From an uncultured delta proteobacterium (GTDB lineage Bacteria; Myxococcota_A; Polyangia; Polyangiales; Houyiibacteriaceae), in NCBI GenBank assembly GCA_963699755.1, contig CAVOVB010000007.1, positions 352,001-416,000 on the forward strand: a stretch of DNA of 64,000 bases. The letters are read 5' to 3'. The notes beneath the pieces were generated by a model, which worked only from the letters and a program-made list of their open reading frames with translations, searched no databases and was not told where the DNA came from. Below are positions 49,915-59,771 of this stretch, one piece after another (the first letter of the stretch is position 1; each line of letters begins with the position of its first letter). Made by a program: the position numbers and the translations under genes.

Positions 49915-50574
49915 TCACCATTGCAGGATGGGCCAGCCTTCTTGACCGGCCGCCCGCTTCAGCCTCGGATCGGGGCATACGACACGAGGATACCCGACCG
50001 CTCTCAACATCGGCGCATCGCTGTAAGAGTCGGTGTAGAAGTAGCAATTGCCAAGCTCGATGCCCCGCTCCGACGCCCAAGCTTCGGCGCGTTCGACCTT
50101 CCCCGCGCCGTGGCAGAGCGGCGGCACGAAAGTCCCGCGAAGGTTTCCGTGCTGGTCCGTTGGGAAGTCGTTGCAGAGAAAATCGTGGAGCTCCCAGCTG
50201 TCGCACGCAGCCCTCGAAGCAAACGCGGACGCGCTGGTGAGCAACACGAGATGATGCCCCTGTTCTCGGTGTTCGCGAAGGGCGCGACTGGCGCCGGGAC
50301 GAAGATGGTGCACGACATCCTGCGCGAACCAGTCGCGCGTCTCTGCATCGAGACCATCGTAGGACCGTCCACGATAGTGAGCCACGGCCTCTTCGAACGC
50401 CGTCTCGATGTCGATGAGCGAAAGGTGATAGAGCAGGTTCCAAACCATGACTCGTCCGAACTGCCGGATCGAAATGCTCCCGGCGAGGAGCTCGTGCTTG
50501 GCCCAAAGCGTCGAGCTATTCATGTCGAGCAGCGTGCGGTCGAGATCGAAAAAGGCGGCGGTTCGGGAGTCCAA
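49915..50574 (-). CDS. HAD-IB hydrolase (phosphoserine phosphatase-like)
   Basis: FFDLDRTL, LLTSA, GKV, YTDSYSDAPML..PDPRL. Confidence 0.9.
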   Translation of the reverse strand: MDSRTAAFFDLDRTLLDMNSSTLWAKHELLAGSISIRQFGRVMVWNLLYHLSLIDIETAFEEAVAHYRGRSYDGLDAETRDWFAQDVVHHLRPGASRALREHREQGHHLVLLTSASAFASRAACDSWELHDFLCNDFPTDQHGNLRGTFVPPLCHGAGKVERAEAWASERGIELGNCYFYTDSYSDAPMLRAVGYPRVVCPDPRLKRAAGQEGWPILQW

Positions 50575-50701
50575 GTCTCTTATCCTCCTACGGCGAGCCT
50601 GAGGTTTGACGCAATCGAAAGCGGACGCCAGCCGTCGAAGCCCTGTTGCGTTCCCGGCGATCTGCTGGCTTCATAAGGCTGTGGATTCCAGTCCGCCCAC
50701 C

Positions 50702-51595
50702 ATGAGCAACGAGCAGATCGCCGAGATCCTCGAGCAGGTCGCCGACCGACTGGAAGCGCAGCACGCCAACATCTATCGCATCGACGCATACAGGGCTGGC
50801 GCTGCGGTGGTTCGGAGTCACGAGTCGAGCATTCAAGAACTGGCCCTCACCGCCGGGCGCAAGGGGCTCGATGCATTGCCGCAGATTGGCTCTAGCCTTT
50901 CAGGCGCGATCGAGGAGATCGCGCATACGGGAAAGCTTCGAATGCTTGGGCGACTCGAGGGGACACTGTCCGCGGTCGAGCTCTTCAAGACCGTCCCAGG
51001 GATCGGCGAAGAGCTTGCCGAACGGATCCACCGAGAGCTCGACATCGACACGCTCGAAGCTTTGGAGGTGGCAGCGCACGACGGAAGCCTAGACGCGGTG
51101 GCTGGCTTCGGTCCGCGTAGGCTCGAATCGGTCCGCGATATACTCGCAACGATGCTGACGCGCTCGTCGCGCGGCAGAGCGCGCAGGTTCGCGGAGCTCC
51201 AAGCGGCAGGTGCCGAGGTCACCCTACCGATGACCGCCGAAGCCAAACCAGATGTCGCGCTTCTGCTCGCGATCGATCGAGACTACCGAGAGAAGGCCGA
51301 AGCGGGGGAGTTGCCTCGCATCGCCCCGCGGCGGAACAACCCGGACGGCGCCGCCTGGCTGCCCATTTTCCACAGCTACCAAGGGGACTGGCACTTCACC
51401 GCCCTGTACTCCAACACCGACCGCGCCCACGAGCTTGGACGGGTGCGGGATTGGGTGGTGATCTACTTCGAACGCGACGGCGACGAAGGGCAATGCACCG
51501 TCGTCACCGAATACCGGGGGCCGCTCGCAGGAAAGCGGGTCGTCCGTGGACGCGAAGATGAAGTCGCCGCGCTCGAAGCAAACCAAAGTCAGTAG
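50702..51595 (+). CDS. PolX-like HhH DNA-binding protein lacking the polymerase domain
   Basis: NEQIAEILEQVADRLE..YRIDAYR..LPQIG, VPGIG, VAGFGP; different C-terminal domain. Confidence 0.8.
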   Translation: MSNEQIAEILEQVADRLEAQHANIYRIDAYRAGAAVVRSHESSIQELALTAGRKGLDALPQIGSSLSGAIEEIAHTGKLRMLGRLEGTLSAVELFKTVPGIGEELAERIHRELDIDTLEALEVAAHDGSLDAVAGFGPRRLESVRDILATMLTRSSRGRARRFAELQAAGAEVTLPMTAEAKPDVALLLAIDRDYREKAEAGELPRIAPRRNNPDGAAWLPIFHSYQGDWHFTALYSNTDRAHELGRVRDWVVIYFERDGDEGQCTVVTEYRGPLAGKRVVRGREDEVAALEANQSQ

Positions 51596-52296
51596 AGGGT
51601 CGCAGAAAGGAACCGGCTCAAGCCTTCGAGCACCTGCATCGGGATTTCATGGCCGCCCCTAAACGGAACCCAGTCGGTCGATAGGCCGGCGTTGCGCATC
51701 TCGTCGCGCAACGCTTCGGCTGCTTGGAAGGAGAGGAGCGGATCGTTGGTGCCATGACTCTGAAACACCGGCACCTGCGGCTTCTCCGCCATGCCCCCCT
51801 TCCAGGCTTGGAGGTTCACTGCCGTTCCCGAAAGGACGACCAGGCCGGCTGGCGTCACGTGCCTCGTGAAGACGGCATTGCAGGCCACCATCGAACCCTG
51901 GGAGAAGCCGCCGACGACGAGGCGCTCGTCTGGCACGCCGAGCTGCTCTTGCATCGCTTCGAGCATCTGCACGACCTGATCGGTGGCTTCCTCCATGCCG
52001 GGCGGAATCTCTGCCGCGTAGCTCCGTGGCCCTGCGGCCATCGCTTGCTCGGCTCGCGCGAAATCAACCATCCACCAGGCGCGGGCACCAAACAAACCGG
52101 GCACCTCCTGCGGCGCCTCGGGAAACGCGAAGCGCAGCCCGCGCGGTACATCGAGCACCCGCCACAGGCCGATCAAGTCTGTTCCTGGGGCGCCAAAGCC
52201 ATGCATCAACACGACCAGGGGCCCATCGCCCCCGCCGTGCCGATCTGCTCCCCCGGTCCATCGGACCTTGATTTCGCCGAATTGCTGTTCACGCAT
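51589..52296 (-). CDS. Phospholipase/carboxylesterase
   Basis: MHGFGAPG, GGFSQG, SHGTNDP, FRGGHEI. Confidence 0.9.
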   Translation of the reverse strand: MREQQFGEIKVRWTGGADRHGGGDGPLVVLMHGFGAPGTDLIGLWRVLDVPRGLRFAFPEAPQEVPGLFGARAWWMVDFARAEQAMAAGPRSYAAEIPPGMEEATDQVVQMLEAMQEQLGVPDERLVVGGFSQGSMVACNAVFTRHVTPAGLVVLSGTAVNLQAWKGGMAEKPQVPVFQSHGTNDPLLSFQAAEALRDEMRNAGLSTDWVPFRGGHEIPMQVLEGLSRFLSATLY

Positions 52297-52412
52297 GCGG
52301 GCGAAGTGTAGCGCCGTTTGGAGCGATTACCCGGTCGCGCTCGCGTAGGCTATGCTGAATGTCTTCCTTCAGGGGCGGTGTCCGGCGGTGAATCCGGCAC
52401 CGATGACACGAA

Positions 52413-54833
52413 GTGCACGCTTGCAAAGACTATCATCGATCGACTGCATTCCTTGCGGTCGTCTTTTGCCTCACGCTCGCGGGATGCTCCAGCGCAGACG
52501 GTAGCCCGCGGGATGGTACTGGCGGCAGCGGATCTGGAGGCAGCGCTGGCGTTGGTGGCGCCTCCGGAGCCGGCGGATTCGGGGGCACCGTTGGAAGCGG
52601 CGGCATGGGCGGTAGCGCTGGAAGCGTTGGCACGGGCGGCACTGCTGGAAGCGCTGGCATGGGCGGAGCCGGTGGAGCCGGTGGCATGGGCGCGGGCGGC
52701 GTGGGCGGCACTGCTGGAGTCGGTGGCGTCGGCGGCGCTCCCGTGAGCGGCCCCTTCACATCCGATGACTTTGACAGCGCGACACTCGACACGGACCTCT
52801 GGGACATCATCGACCCTCAAGGCGATGGGACCGTCTCGGTGGTCGGTGCGGGGACATCGAACGCGCGGCTCTTGCTTTCGGTGCCCGAAGGCACCGCTCA
52901 TGATCCCTGGGTCGTCAACACTTCGTTGCGGGTGATGCAGCCCGCGACGGACGAAGACTTCGAGATCGAGGTCAAGTTCGAGTCGCTGCCAACGGAAAAA
53001 TTCCAAAGCCAGGGGCTGCTGGTCGAGCAGGACGCCGGGCACTTCATCCGCTTCGACCTGTACAGCGATGGGATCTCACTCTTGGTTTTCAGCGCCGTGT
53101 TCGCCGACGGCTCGCCCATCACTCAGCTGAACCAAGCCATCACTGCGTCGTCGATTCAGTACTTGCGGCTGACGCGTACCGGTGACGTGTGGACCGAGCA
53201 CTATTCTTTGGACGGCCAGAGCTGGACGACGGTCGCGAGCTTCACCCAGTCGCTCCAGGTCTCATCGGTTGGTGTCTTTGCAGGCAACTTCGACCCGAGC
53301 CCAGCGTACACGGCGGTGGTCGACTACTTCTTCGAGACCTCGTCCCCGATCGAGCCCGAAGACACGCCGCTCTGTCTCCCCGGCGAGGTGTTCACGCTAG
53401 CGGCGGGCTCGGTTGGGCCCGGAAGCGTGCTGCTGAATCCGGACCTGAGCAGCTATGCCTGCGGTGCGACGGTGACGCTGACCGCAGAGCCAGACCCGGG
53501 CGCGCTCTTCCTGGGATGGGGCGGCGCACTCAGCGGAACGACCAATTCGGCGGCTCTCACGATCGAGTCCGACACCGCGGTCACGGCAAGCTTCGAGCTA
53601 GACGCATCGTCGCCCGTGATCAGCAACGAGTATGTGGTGCGCTACGAGACCTCGGCCACGCTGAGCTGGGAGACCGACGAGCTCAGCACGGGGCTGGTGG
53701 AGTACGGCCTCACGACCGCGTACGAGCTCGGGTCGGTGGCCTCTAGCGCGCTACAGCCCGCGCACACCGTGACACTGCCTGGCCTGAGCGCTGGGACCGT
53801 CTATCACTACCGCATCACGGCCGAAGATGGCTTTGGCAACAGCGGCAGCGGTGCCGACGCGACGTTTACGACGACCCGCAGCGGCCCAGGTGGTCCGGAC
53901 ATCCTCGTCTGGTACGGCCCGTACCAAGTGTTCGGCAAGGCCGGTGTGCCGCAGCGATTCATCAACATCTTGGGGAACGCGGACGACTTCGACGATGTGA
54001 TCTATCTGGGCTACTCGCTCGACGGAGCGCCGGAGCAGCCGCTCACCCTTGGACTGAACGGAAGCCGACTCGCGTATCCTGGCGATTTCAACGTCGAAAT
54101 CGCCTACGACGCGCTGCAGGCAGGAGTCAGCGAAATCACGATTCGCGCCATCGACGGGGCTGGCTTCTGGAGCAGTCAGACCGTGGAAGTCGAGTACATC
54201 GACGACGTCGTCACGCCCCTGCCATACAGCATCGACTGGGCCAGCGTCGCTCAAGTGTCGGACGTTGCTCAGATCGTCGACGGAAACTGGTCGCAAGAAG
54301 CGGGCGGCTTGCGGACGGTACAAACCGGCTACGACAGGCTCGTCGCGATCGGCGATCTCTCGTGGACGAACTACGAAGCGCTGGTCGAGCTCACGCTCAA
54401 CGCTCCGGTCAATCGTTCGGTGGCGCCCATCATTGGCCTACTCATGCGCTGGACCGGTCACTACGACTGGGATGGTCAACAGCCGCGCATCGGTTGGCAC
54501 CCCATGGGCGCTTTGCTGGCGTACGCCTGGCTTCCTGACCCATACACCGGCTTGATGGCCTGGACCAGCAATGGGAGCACGACACAGGGCAGCGGCACCA
54601 CGCCGGAGCCGGGCGTGGGTGTGCCTCATCTGATGAAGATGCGGGGCGAGGAGCTGCCCAACGGCGACATCATGTACAGCGTCAAGTTGTGGCCCTCGGC
54701 TCAGGTCGAGCCCAGCGCCTGGGGACACAGCTACACCTCGTCCACGTCGCCGCCGAGCGGCTCTCTTGTGGTGGTCGCGCACAACGTGGACATCACGATT
54801 GGCGACGTGAGCGTCGTGCCTGTCTCGAACTAG
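52413..54833 (+). CDS. Large multidomain lipoprotein (lectin-like, FN3 and Ig-like domains)
   Basis: LAGC lipobox, Gly-rich linker, concanavalin-like domain (YLRLTRTGD..YSLDGQSW), repeat domain (VTLTAEP..FLGWGG), FN3 (LSAGTVYHYRI). Confidence 0.8.
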   Translation: MHACKDYHRSTAFLAVVFCLTLAGCSSADGSPRDGTGGSGSGGSAGVGGASGAGGFGGTVGSGGMGGSAGSVGTGGTAGSAGMGGAGGAGGMGAGGVGGTAGVGGVGGAPVSGPFTSDDFDSATLDTDLWDIIDPQGDGTVSVVGAGTSNARLLLSVPEGTAHDPWVVNTSLRVMQPATDEDFEIEVKFESLPTEKFQSQGLLVEQDAGHFIRFDLYSDGISLLVFSAVFADGSPITQLNQAITASSIQYLRLTRTGDVWTEHYSLDGQSWTTVASFTQSLQVSSVGVFAGNFDPSPAYTAVVDYFFETSSPIEPEDTPLCLPGEVFTLAAGSVGPGSVLLNPDLSSYACGATVTLTAEPDPGALFLGWGGALSGTTNSAALTIESDTAVTASFELDASSPVISNEYVVRYETSATLSWETDELSTGLVEYGLTTAYELGSVASSALQPAHTVTLPGLSAGTVYHYRITAEDGFGNSGSGADATFTTTRSGPGGPDILVWYGPYQVFGKAGVPQRFINILGNADDFDDVIYLGYSLDGAPEQPLTLGLNGSRLAYPGDFNVEIAYDALQAGVSEITIRAIDGAGFWSSQTVEVEYIDDVVTPLPYSIDWASVAQVSDVAQIVDGNWSQEAGGLRTVQTGYDRLVAIGDLSWTNYEALVELTLNAPVNRSVAPIIGLLMRWTGHYDWDGQQPRIGWHPMGALLAYAWLPDPYTGLMAWTSNGSTTQGSGTTPEPGVGVPHLMKMRGEELPNGDIMYSVKLWPSAQVEPSAWGHSYTSSTSPPSGSLVVVAHNVDITIGDVSVVPVSN

Positions 54834-54989
54834 GCTGGGTCATCCGAAAGCAGCTAGCGCGCGCAGCAGGCCGGCATTCATCACGCGACCGCTGGAAAGA
54901 ACAGACAATGTCACATCGACTTGGCCTGTCTCGCGCCTGCCGGATACTCGCGCTCGTCTTGCAGCTCGATCCGTAACCCGGTTGGCAGC

Positions 54990-57767
54990 TCAGCGTGCTT
55001 TGTCGGTCTGCTTCTCGACGGATCCTGTCGCCTGATCGCCTCGTTTGGCCGCCTCGGACTCCAGCTGCGCAGCCCGCTTGCGTGCTTCGGCAACCGCTTG
55101 GTTGGCGCGCTTGTCGGCTTCGGAAATGAGCTGGTTGGCGCGCTTGTCGGTCTCGCTTCGAATGCGCTTGGCGCCCTCCTTGGCTGCGACTGCTTTGAGT
55201 GGGTTTCCCGCGCTTTCCCGCTCTAGCTGAGCGGCTCGCGCGTATCCCTCCTTGCGTGCGATTTCCGCGGCCTTGGTCGCTTCTGCGCGGATCTGACGGG
55301 CGCGCTGCTCTGCTTCGTCGATCATCCGTTTCGTTTGCTCGGCGACTTCTTGCAGGGCGCGTGCCTTCTGCTCCGCGAGCTGCGCCGAAACCGCGTCGGC
55401 AACGGCTCCGCGAAGCGCGTTCGTGTCGAGATCCACCGAGACGCGGGGCGCGTCGATCGATCCGCTCAGGTTTGCGCGCACCCCAACCGTCTGAGCCTTC
55501 GACAGGTCCAGCTTGAGCGCCTGGGCTTGCTTTGCGAGCTGCGACGACAACTTGTCCAAGGGAACATCGGTGCTGATTTGGTACTTCATCTCTTGGTCGA
55601 GCCCGTGGGTGCCGCTGACCTGCATGGAGACCCCACGCGCTTTGACCGTGAAGGGCGTCAACTTCACGGCGCCATCTTCGATCTTGAACCGTGTCTGGAA
55701 GCTCTGGATGTCGAGGGGCTTGCTGATGAACGGAATGGCATCGTTCAACGAAGCTAGTGGTTTGAAGTCGCTGCTGAGCTTGCTCTGAAGGGCAGCCGCC
55801 AGACCGCTCGCCGCAATCGAATCGAGCTTCGGGGAGAAGTCTTCCGCGAGAGTGCCACTCGCGTTGAGGTCGGTCGAAAAGCGCCCATCGAGAAAGCGAG
55901 CGATCGGTGCATAGGCTCTCATGGAAGGAAGCGCCTCGAACGCATCCGCAAAGCGAACCTTATCCACCGCATATTTCAGGTCGAACGTAGCTGGCTGGCC
56001 GACGGGGGTGCTCACCGTCCCGTCGAGCTTCATGGAGCCCCCAAGCGCATCGGCGCGGACTCCTTCGAGGATGAGCCTCCGATTCAGAAGGCGGCCGGCG
56101 CCCTTGAAATCCGTGAGCACGAGGTCCCCATAGCTGAGCTTGCCGACGTCGAGCTGGAGATTTGCATCGATGTTGTCGGGAAAGACAAAAGCGGCTGACT
56201 GGCCGTCGACCGGGGATTCCTCGGTCGAGAAAAAATCCTCCACTCGAAGATGCTTCGACTTCACCCAAGCGCTGGCGGTGATTTTTTGGTCCTCCATCAG
56301 CAGCGTGGTGAGAGGAGAGAGCAGCCCGGTCACCGAGAGATCACTCTCGGCGACCTGTGCTTGGAGCTCTTTGATCTTCGTGCTTTCGGGGGAAAGCTCG
56401 ATGCGAGCGGCAACGACCCGCACCGCTGGCGCGTCGGCTGACCGATAGATGAGATCCGTGATGGTAATATCGCCTGTCAGCTTCTCGATGCGTTCGCCTT
56501 TCGCGATCAAGTCGATCTCGGCCGCGATGACGCCCTCGAGGGTCTCGACGTCGGGTATTGGATAGGCCTTGGCGATCTCCGCGAGGTCGAATCGCCCGTC
56601 GAGGGCCAGGTCGACGTTCGGTTGAGACAAAGGCCGGGTGACCATCAGGTGCCCTCTCGCGTGGCTCTTTCCCGCGGCGATGCTGAACTTCGGGACCTCG
56701 ATTCGCGCTTTGTCGAGATTCCCTCCGGGGTGAGTCACCTCGGCATCGAGATTGAGGTCGGTGATGCCGAGTGGAAGGTCCGGGTACTTCAAGGTCGCGT
56801 CCCGGACGTTTCCCTTGGCCGAGAAGGAGGGGATGTCGTCGTCGCCTGGCCCGAGCTGGCCTCGCACCATGGCCTCGAGCGAAAAGGCTCCGCTTGCCTC
56901 AAGCCCGGCGAAATCCGCGGCGTACGCATTCGGAATCGCCGAGATCAACGCCTTGACGGGAAGCCCCTTCTTGGAAGCGAGCTCCACATCGAGATCGGTG
57001 CCTTCGTTGGCCCATCCGACCGTTCCCGAACCCTCGATCCCGAGTTGGTTGACGGCTACTTCGAGCCTGTGGATGCTCAGCTGCTCCGATCCCGTGTCGA
57101 TCGTGGCGTCCAGGGAGACGCTCGTCTTGGCCTTCTTCAAGTAGGTGACCCCGCCTACCCTCGCCGTCAGCTCGTCAACCGTGGTCTCCGACGATAGCTG
57201 CTGTATCGGACCGGAGATTTTCGCGCGCCCATCGTGTTGGAGCCCCCCGAGCCGGATCTCGACGCCCGGCTCGTCGTAGGTGATCAGCCCTTCATTGATC
57301 CGATATCGTTTGATCTCGAAGGCCACGGTATCCGCGGACGCGTCGGTCTTCTCCGTTTGCTCCGGAACAATGTCGTAGTTGGCCCGACCATCCTCGGCGA
57401 CTCGAACCTGCAGCACGGGTCGGTCCACTTCGATGGACTCGATTTGCACTGCGCCGTCCAGGATGAGAGCTAGCAAATCGACACCAGCGCCAATCGACTT
57501 CGCCGACAGGAGCGTGGTCTGTGCAAATTCGCCTTTCCCGGTGATCGCGAGATCCGCGACTTCAGCCGTCAGAGTTGGGAAGGTCGAGAGCAATGACACG
57601 TCGAGCTCGGAGAAGGTCACCGTCGCGTCGAGGCGCTCGTTGAGCTCGGTGCGGAGTAGCTCGACGATTCGGTCCCTAAATAGGAACGGCACGAGTGCGA
57701 GACCGACGAGGAGCAGCCCCAACAGCGCCGTGACCGCAATCAGCGTAATCTTCACCGGTTTCTTCAT
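54990..57767 (-). CDS. AsmA-family protein
   Basis: N-terminal TM anchor, long beta-rich body, C-terminal SGTHGLDQEMKY..LSGSIDAPRV and coiled-coil tail. Confidence 0.85.
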   Translation of the reverse strand: MKKPVKITLIAVTALLGLLLVGLALVPFLFRDRIVELLRTELNERLDATVTFSELDVSLLSTFPTLTAEVADLAITGKGEFAQTTLLSAKSIGAGVDLLALILDGAVQIESIEVDRPVLQVRVAEDGRANYDIVPEQTEKTDASADTVAFEIKRYRINEGLITYDEPGVEIRLGGLQHDGRAKISGPIQQLSSETTVDELTARVGGVTYLKKAKTSVSLDATIDTGSEQLSIHRLEVAVNQLGIEGSGTVGWANEGTDLDVELASKKGLPVKALISAIPNAYAADFAGLEASGAFSLEAMVRGQLGPGDDDIPSFSAKGNVRDATLKYPDLPLGITDLNLDAEVTHPGGNLDKARIEVPKFSIAAGKSHARGHLMVTRPLSQPNVDLALDGRFDLAEIAKAYPIPDVETLEGVIAAEIDLIAKGERIEKLTGDITITDLIYRSADAPAVRVVAARIELSPESTKIKELQAQVAESDLSVTGLLSPLTTLLMEDQKITASAWVKSKHLRVEDFFSTEESPVDGQSAAFVFPDNIDANLQLDVGKLSYGDLVLTDFKGAGRLLNRRLILEGVRADALGGSMKLDGTVSTPVGQPATFDLKYAVDKVRFADAFEALPSMRAYAPIARFLDGRFSTDLNASGTLAEDFSPKLDSIAASGLAAALQSKLSSDFKPLASLNDAIPFISKPLDIQSFQTRFKIEDGAVKLTPFTVKARGVSMQVSGTHGLDQEMKYQISTDVPLDKLSSQLAKQAQALKLDLSKAQTVGVRANLSGSIDAPRVSVDLDTNALRGAVADAVSAQLAEQKARALQEVAEQTKRMIDEAEQRARQIRAEATKAAEIARKEGYARAAQLERESAGNPLKAVAAKEGAKRIRSETDKRANQLISEADKRANQAVAEARKRAAQLESEAAKRGDQATGSVEKQTDKAR

Positions 57768-57858
57768 ACCCCTCCGTGCCCGTTCTCGTAGCACACCCCC
57801 GCGGCGCATGCGCCAGGGCGGCCTTCTCTACAGCGCGGAAGGCATCCCTCTTGGACTC

Positions 57859-57881
57859 GTCGGGGCGGCAGGATTCAAACC
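57859..57881 (-). other. tRNA-Pro-like 3' fragment (att-like scar)
   Basis: Reverse complement GGTTTGAATCCTGCCGCCCCGAC matches T-loop, 3' T-stem and acceptor strand of tRNA-Pro with one T-loop mismatch; no 5' half. Confidence 0.5.
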
Positions 57882-58144
57882 CGACGTGGATCCCCTGAAG
57901 GTTGGCTGCGAGCGCCGGAAGCCGGAACCTCGGCTCCCTCCTGGCGAAGGCGACGGCAGAAGTTGAGACCGGAGGCGTTGCCCAGCATCACGTCCAAGAC
58001 GATCAAGTCGACGCCGGTCGCTTCGAGCAGGCGGGCGGCCTCGGACGGCGTGGGGGCCCCGAGGACCTGGTGGCCGTCGTGTTCCAACGCCCGCTCGGCT
58101 ACCTCGAGTGTCTCCTCGTCGTCATCGAGCACCAAGACCCGCAT
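57875..58144 (-). pseudogene. Truncated response-regulator receiver domain
   Basis: MRVLVLDDD..DLIVLDVML..SGLNFCRRLRQEGAEVP, then homology stops before the conserved Thr and Lys-Pro. Confidence 0.75.
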
Positions 58145-58239
58145 GCGACCGGTATCTCGCACGCTGAGGAGCGCCGCGGCAACGGAAACCTTCCGCGGCC
58201 CGCCAGTTCACCAACTCGATCTGCCCCTCTTCATCGCAA

Positions 58240-58770
58240 TCATTCGTCGGAATCGGCGTCATCCTCGTAGGCTTCGATCGCTGGGATGCGATTGTCGGGC
58301 AGTTGCCGGGCCTGGTCGACATGGACGCTTGCCGCGCCATGCTGGTACACTAGACGTCCGCCCGCCTCGCCAGCTCGATAGCCAAGCCCCAGCACCACGA
58401 CACTGCCGAGGCAAGAAAAGATGATGAGTGCATTGCTCAGCTCTCCCTCGCGAAGCGCCAGTGGAATCGCCATCAATGCAAGCACGATGGCACTTGCCCA
58501 GATGAAGAGCTCCGCCGCTTCTTCGTGAAAGTCGATGTACCGTTCTTCGACGACGCGTTCCACGCGTTCCTTCTCGGAGTCTCCGGAGTACATCGCGACC
58601 AACCCCGAGCCTACGAGCGTGCACTGGAGTAGAAAGACGATCACCCACACGCGGCGATCGAACCAACCTCGCAAGTACGCGAACGTGACGCCGCCGGCGA
58701 CCAGCGGCATCAAGATCGCGAGAGCGATCGGAAGATGGATGAGTCTGGGGTGAAAGAGCAGTTGTTCCAT
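58240..58770 (-). CDS. DUF2231-like membrane protein
   Basis: FHPRLIHLPIA, mid-protein HEE, GGRLVYQHGA. Confidence 0.75.
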   Translation of the reverse strand: MEQLLFHPRLIHLPIALAILMPLVAGGVTFAYLRGWFDRRVWVIVFLLQCTLVGSGLVAMYSGDSEKERVERVVEERYIDFHEEAAELFIWASAIVLALMAIPLALREGELSNALIIFSCLGSVVVLGLGYRAGEAGGRLVYQHGAASVHVDQARQLPDNRIPAIEAYEDDADSDE

Positions 58771-58820
58771 GGTGATGTCGTCCTAGCGGGGCCATGCCTG
58801 CGGCCCCAGTGCGCAGGAGC

Positions 58821-59771
58821 TTAGCGGCCTAGGTGGAAGAAGGTGGCGGCGATCTGGTTCCCGAAGTTTAGTAACGCGACCTGAACCTGGTCGAGGTATT
58901 CGTGCAGACCCGATTCGATCACCGCTTCCGGAGAGCGCGAGGTTAGTTCCTTGAGGGCCTCGAGTGACGCTCGCGGAAACCTTACGTCCTCGAGATCTTC
59001 GTTCGCGAGAAGCCCGTCGAGGGTGAGCTCGATGTTCTCCACGCAGAGCGGCAACGACCTCGGGAAACGCGGGTTGAGGAGAATGAATCCCGCCACCGTC
59101 ATCGGTGTCATCTGCGCAGGGTACACCCGCCGGTACCCGTGATACGCAGATGCCGACCGAAGGAGCGCGTTCCATTGCGCGATATCGACCGGAGTCCCGA
59201 CATCGCTCCAGGATGGCAGCAGCGCATGATACTTGATATCGACCAGGCGTGTGATCTGATCGCAGAGCTCGATGAACGTACCAAGCCGATAGAAAGCCCA
59301 CACCTGATCGCGGAACAGCGTCCCCGTCACGATGCCATAATGCAGTTGACAGCCCTCTTTGATCTGTACGCAAAGCCTAGACAGCTCCGACAGGCTCACA
59401 CGACGCGGCGTCAGAGAGGCCACCCAGTTGTAGAACACGTTGAGCTGGGTCCAGGTTTCCAGGCTGATCAAATGTCGAATGCTCCGTGCATTCTCGCGGG
59501 CCGAGCGCACCGAGGAGATGATCGAATTCGGGTTGTCGGGGTCGATGAGGTAAAAGCGCACGACGTCTTCCGAGGTCAGTCTTCGGTAGCGCTCGAAGAA
59601 TCGGTCCTCGTCGCGATGTAGCTTCAAGATGGGGAGCCAGTCGTTCGCGCCTTGCGCATCGCGGGCGAACGTCTCGTTCACCTCGAGAATGCGCGCTAGA
59701 TTCTCGGCACGCTCCATGTAGCGCGCCATCCAGTAGCTGTTTTCAGCAAATCTTGCGAGGAGGCTACTCAA
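58821..59771 (-). CDS. Alpha-E domain protein (DUF403-type)
   Basis: AENSYWMARYMERAENLAR, NPNSI..ARENARSIR, PRFPRSL; overlaps the ATP-grasp stop. Confidence 0.9.
   Translation of the reverse strand: MSSLLARFAENSYWMARYMERAENLARILEVNETFARDAQGANDWLPILKLHRDEDRFFERYRRLTSEDVVRFYLIDPDNPNSIISSVRSARENARSIRHLISLETWTQLNVFYNWVASLTPRRVSLSELSRLCVQIKEGCQLHYGIVTGTLFRDQVWAFYRLGTFIELCDQITRLVDIKYHALLPSWSDVGTPVDIAQWNALLRSASAYHGYRRVYPAQMTPMTVAGFILLNPRFPRSLPLCVENIELTLDGLLANEDLEDVRFPRASLEALKELTSRSPEAVIESGLHEYLDQVQVALLNFGNQIAATFFHLGR

Noticed and set aside
52366..52410. FMN-riboswitch-like words (TTCAGGG..CCGGCGGT)
   Set aside because: Remaining conserved segments are absent and the downstream gene is unrelated to flavin
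57836..57945. Possible selenocysteine tRNA (GGAAG start, TTCAAA)
   Set aside because: No consistent cloverleaf; better explained as a minus-strand tRNA-Pro 3' fragment
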